Shown: positions 36,975-38,344 of the stretch, in pieces
Numbering within the stretch: the first letter of the stretch is position 1
Layout: each line of letters opens with the position of its first letter
Source of the DNA: Chloroflexota bacterium
GTDB lineage: Bacteria > Chloroflexota > Dehalococcoidia > UBA2979
Assembly: GCA_027593235.1 (NCBI GenBank)
Contig: JAQCIU010000029.1
Location: 1 to 38,344 of the forward strand
Reading direction: 5' to 3'
Length of the DNA stretch: 38,344 nt
Translations under genes and position numbers: made by a program
Notes under the pieces: model-generated
What the model was told of the DNA's origin: nothing
The model's input: only the letters and a program-made list of their open reading frames with translations
Database searches by the model: none

Positions 36975-38174
36975 CTAGCCCCAGCGCGGCTGCGCGTCGA
37001 GGTCGATGCCGAGGTTGATTTTCGCCACGATCTCGTGCGTGAGCGCGAAGTTCGCGGGGTGCAGCGGGCCCATCCGCGCGTCGCGGAACAGCCGCTCCAG
37101 TTCACCACCACGGGTCACACCGAAGCCACCGGAAACGTCCACCGCCCCGTCGACGGCGCGGAATGCCGCCTTCACCGACTGGTGCTTCATGCTCACCGAC
37201 CGCCAGGCGAACTTGCCAGCGGTCTCCGGCGCCCAGTTCGCCGCGTCCGGCACCTCGCGCGCCCACTCCTCGGCGAACCGCTCGACCAGCGCCTCGACAA
37301 TATCCAGGTCCATCACGGCCTCCGCGAACCGGTGCTGGAACTCCGGGTGGTAGCGGTACTCACCACGGCCCAGCGCCATCGAGGTCTTGCTCTGCAGTTG
37401 CCCTGCAGCAAGCTCCTTCGCCCGCTCACCAAGCCCCAGGTAAATGCTGGAGAACGTCGTGAACGCCCACGCGAACACGCCCAGCACGAAGAGGTTCATG
37501 CCCCCGGCTCCGGCCGGCACCACGTAGGGAATGCGCTCGTCCGGCACGAACACGCCGTTCAGCACCGTGTCGTCGCTGCGCGTGGCGCGCATACCCAGTG
37601 CGTCCCAGGTCTCGTTGATCTGGTAACCCTCGTCGTCGCGCCGCATGAACGCGTGCACGATCTTCGGGGCCGCGGGGTCCGAGGTGTCCATCCCATGCAT
37701 ACCCAGGCGTGTCCACACCGGCGTCAGGCTGCCAAACGACTTGTGCCCCGTGAACTTGTACCCGCCGTCGACACGCTCCGCCGTTGTCGAGGACAGCAGC
37801 AGCGGAATGTCGTTCCCGCGCTCGCCGTGCCCGGCTGCAAACACCTCGCCGGCGGCGGCGTCTTCCAGGATCCACTTGCAGGTGTCATCACCCGCCCGCA
37901 GCAGGTCGGTCGCAAGGCCGGTCCAGTAGAAGTGCATGTTCGTCGCCAACGCGGTCGCCGGCGCGTACGAGGCCAGCCGACGCTGCTCGCGGGAGACCTG
38001 CACCAGGTCAGCGCCCATGCCACCGAGATCCTCGGGCACGCACAGCTTCAGATAACCGGACTCCCGCAGCTCCTCGAAATCTTCGTGGAAAAAGCTGTTT
38101 TCCTTGTCATACTGCGCGGCTCGTCCTCGAAATCGTTCGAGCATCTCTTCAGTCAGCACGGATGAACCGGCCAT
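36975..38174 (-). CDS. Acyl-CoA dehydrogenase-family protein
   Basis: ALATNMH, TGHKSFGSL, WDALGMRATRSDDT, LERLFRDARMG. Confidence 0.9.
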   Translation of the reverse strand: MAGSSVLTEEMLERFRGRAAQYDKENSFFHEDFEELRESGYLKLCVPEDLGGMGADLVQVSREQRRLASYAPATALATNMHFYWTGLATDLLRAGDDTCKWILEDAAAGEVFAAGHGERGNDIPLLLSSTTAERVDGGYKFTGHKSFGSLTPVWTRLGMHGMDTSDPAAPKIVHAFMRRDDEGYQINETWDALGMRATRSDDTVLNGVFVPDERIPYVVPAGAGGMNLFVLGVFAWAFTTFSSIYLGLGERAKELAAGQLQSKTSMALGRGEYRYHPEFQHRFAEAVMDLDIVEALVERFAEEWAREVPDAANWAPETAGKFAWRSVSMKHQSVKAAFRAVDGAVDVSGGFGVTRGGELERLFRDARMGPLHPANFALTHEIVAKINLGIDLDAQPRWG

Positions 38175-38183
38175 CAATCGCAT

Positions 38184-38344
38184 GGCGGATTCAAGCGGTC
38201 AGCGCAAGCAGCTCGGTGAGCTTCTCTGATGGTGTCATGGCGCCGAGCGTCTTGCGCGGGCGGTTGTTGAGACTGCGCGCAATCCTGGCGAGGTCCTTGG
38301 CGGTCTGCACCGATAGGTCGGTGCCTTTGGGGAGGTACTGGCGC
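38184..38344 (-). mobile_element. Right end of an IS30-family insertion sequence, truncated by the window end
   Basis: Transposase tail plus terminal sequence TTGCGCTGACCGCTTGAATCCGCC (minus strand, 38184-38207) overlapping the stop. Confidence 0.85.
38191..38343 (-). CDS. IS30-family transposase, C-terminal fragment
   Basis: Manual translation [11 protein letters not shown]...[29 protein letters not shown], matching the IS30 C-terminal RQY.PKGTD and LN.RPRK.L motifs. Confidence 0.9.
   Translation of the reverse strand, partial: RQYLPKGTDLSVQTAKDLARIARSLNNRPRKTLGAMTPSEKLTELLALTA

Overview
High-GC (roughly 70%) bacterial chromosomal segment with about 40 genes, mostly catabolic or housekeeping. 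It holds a PutA-type dehydrogenase 3' part, orn, an FKBP PPIase, three family III CoA-transferases, three enoyl-CoA hydratases, two acyl-CoA dehydrogenases, two SDRs, two DinB proteins, a nitrilase, a ThDP enzyme and an ArsR-SRPBCC-DUF899 operon. This paralogue profile suggests Chloroflexota/Dehalococcoidia (inference only). The strongest hidden signal is a selenoprotein missed by the ORF track: ORFs 9482-9766 and 9242-9460 join through an in-frame TGA into one UGSC-motif protein (ALAD-U-GSCTTC), with a SECIS-like hairpin just after the TGA. It sits in an operon with a CxxC thioredoxin-fold fusion protein and an SDR. Other unexplained structure includes a 10-copy palindromic GTAG-containing repeat array (5936-6191), a multi-helix intergenic element resembling a structured RNA (36573-36746), repeats that copy gene 3' ends, and two genes with single in-frame TAG codons. 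There is also a back-to-back junction of two 5'-truncated genes at a CCTCGAGG palindrome, a lower-GC orphan gene, and an IS30-family element ending 9 bp before a start codon. All family calls come from motif recognition by eye; no searches were run.
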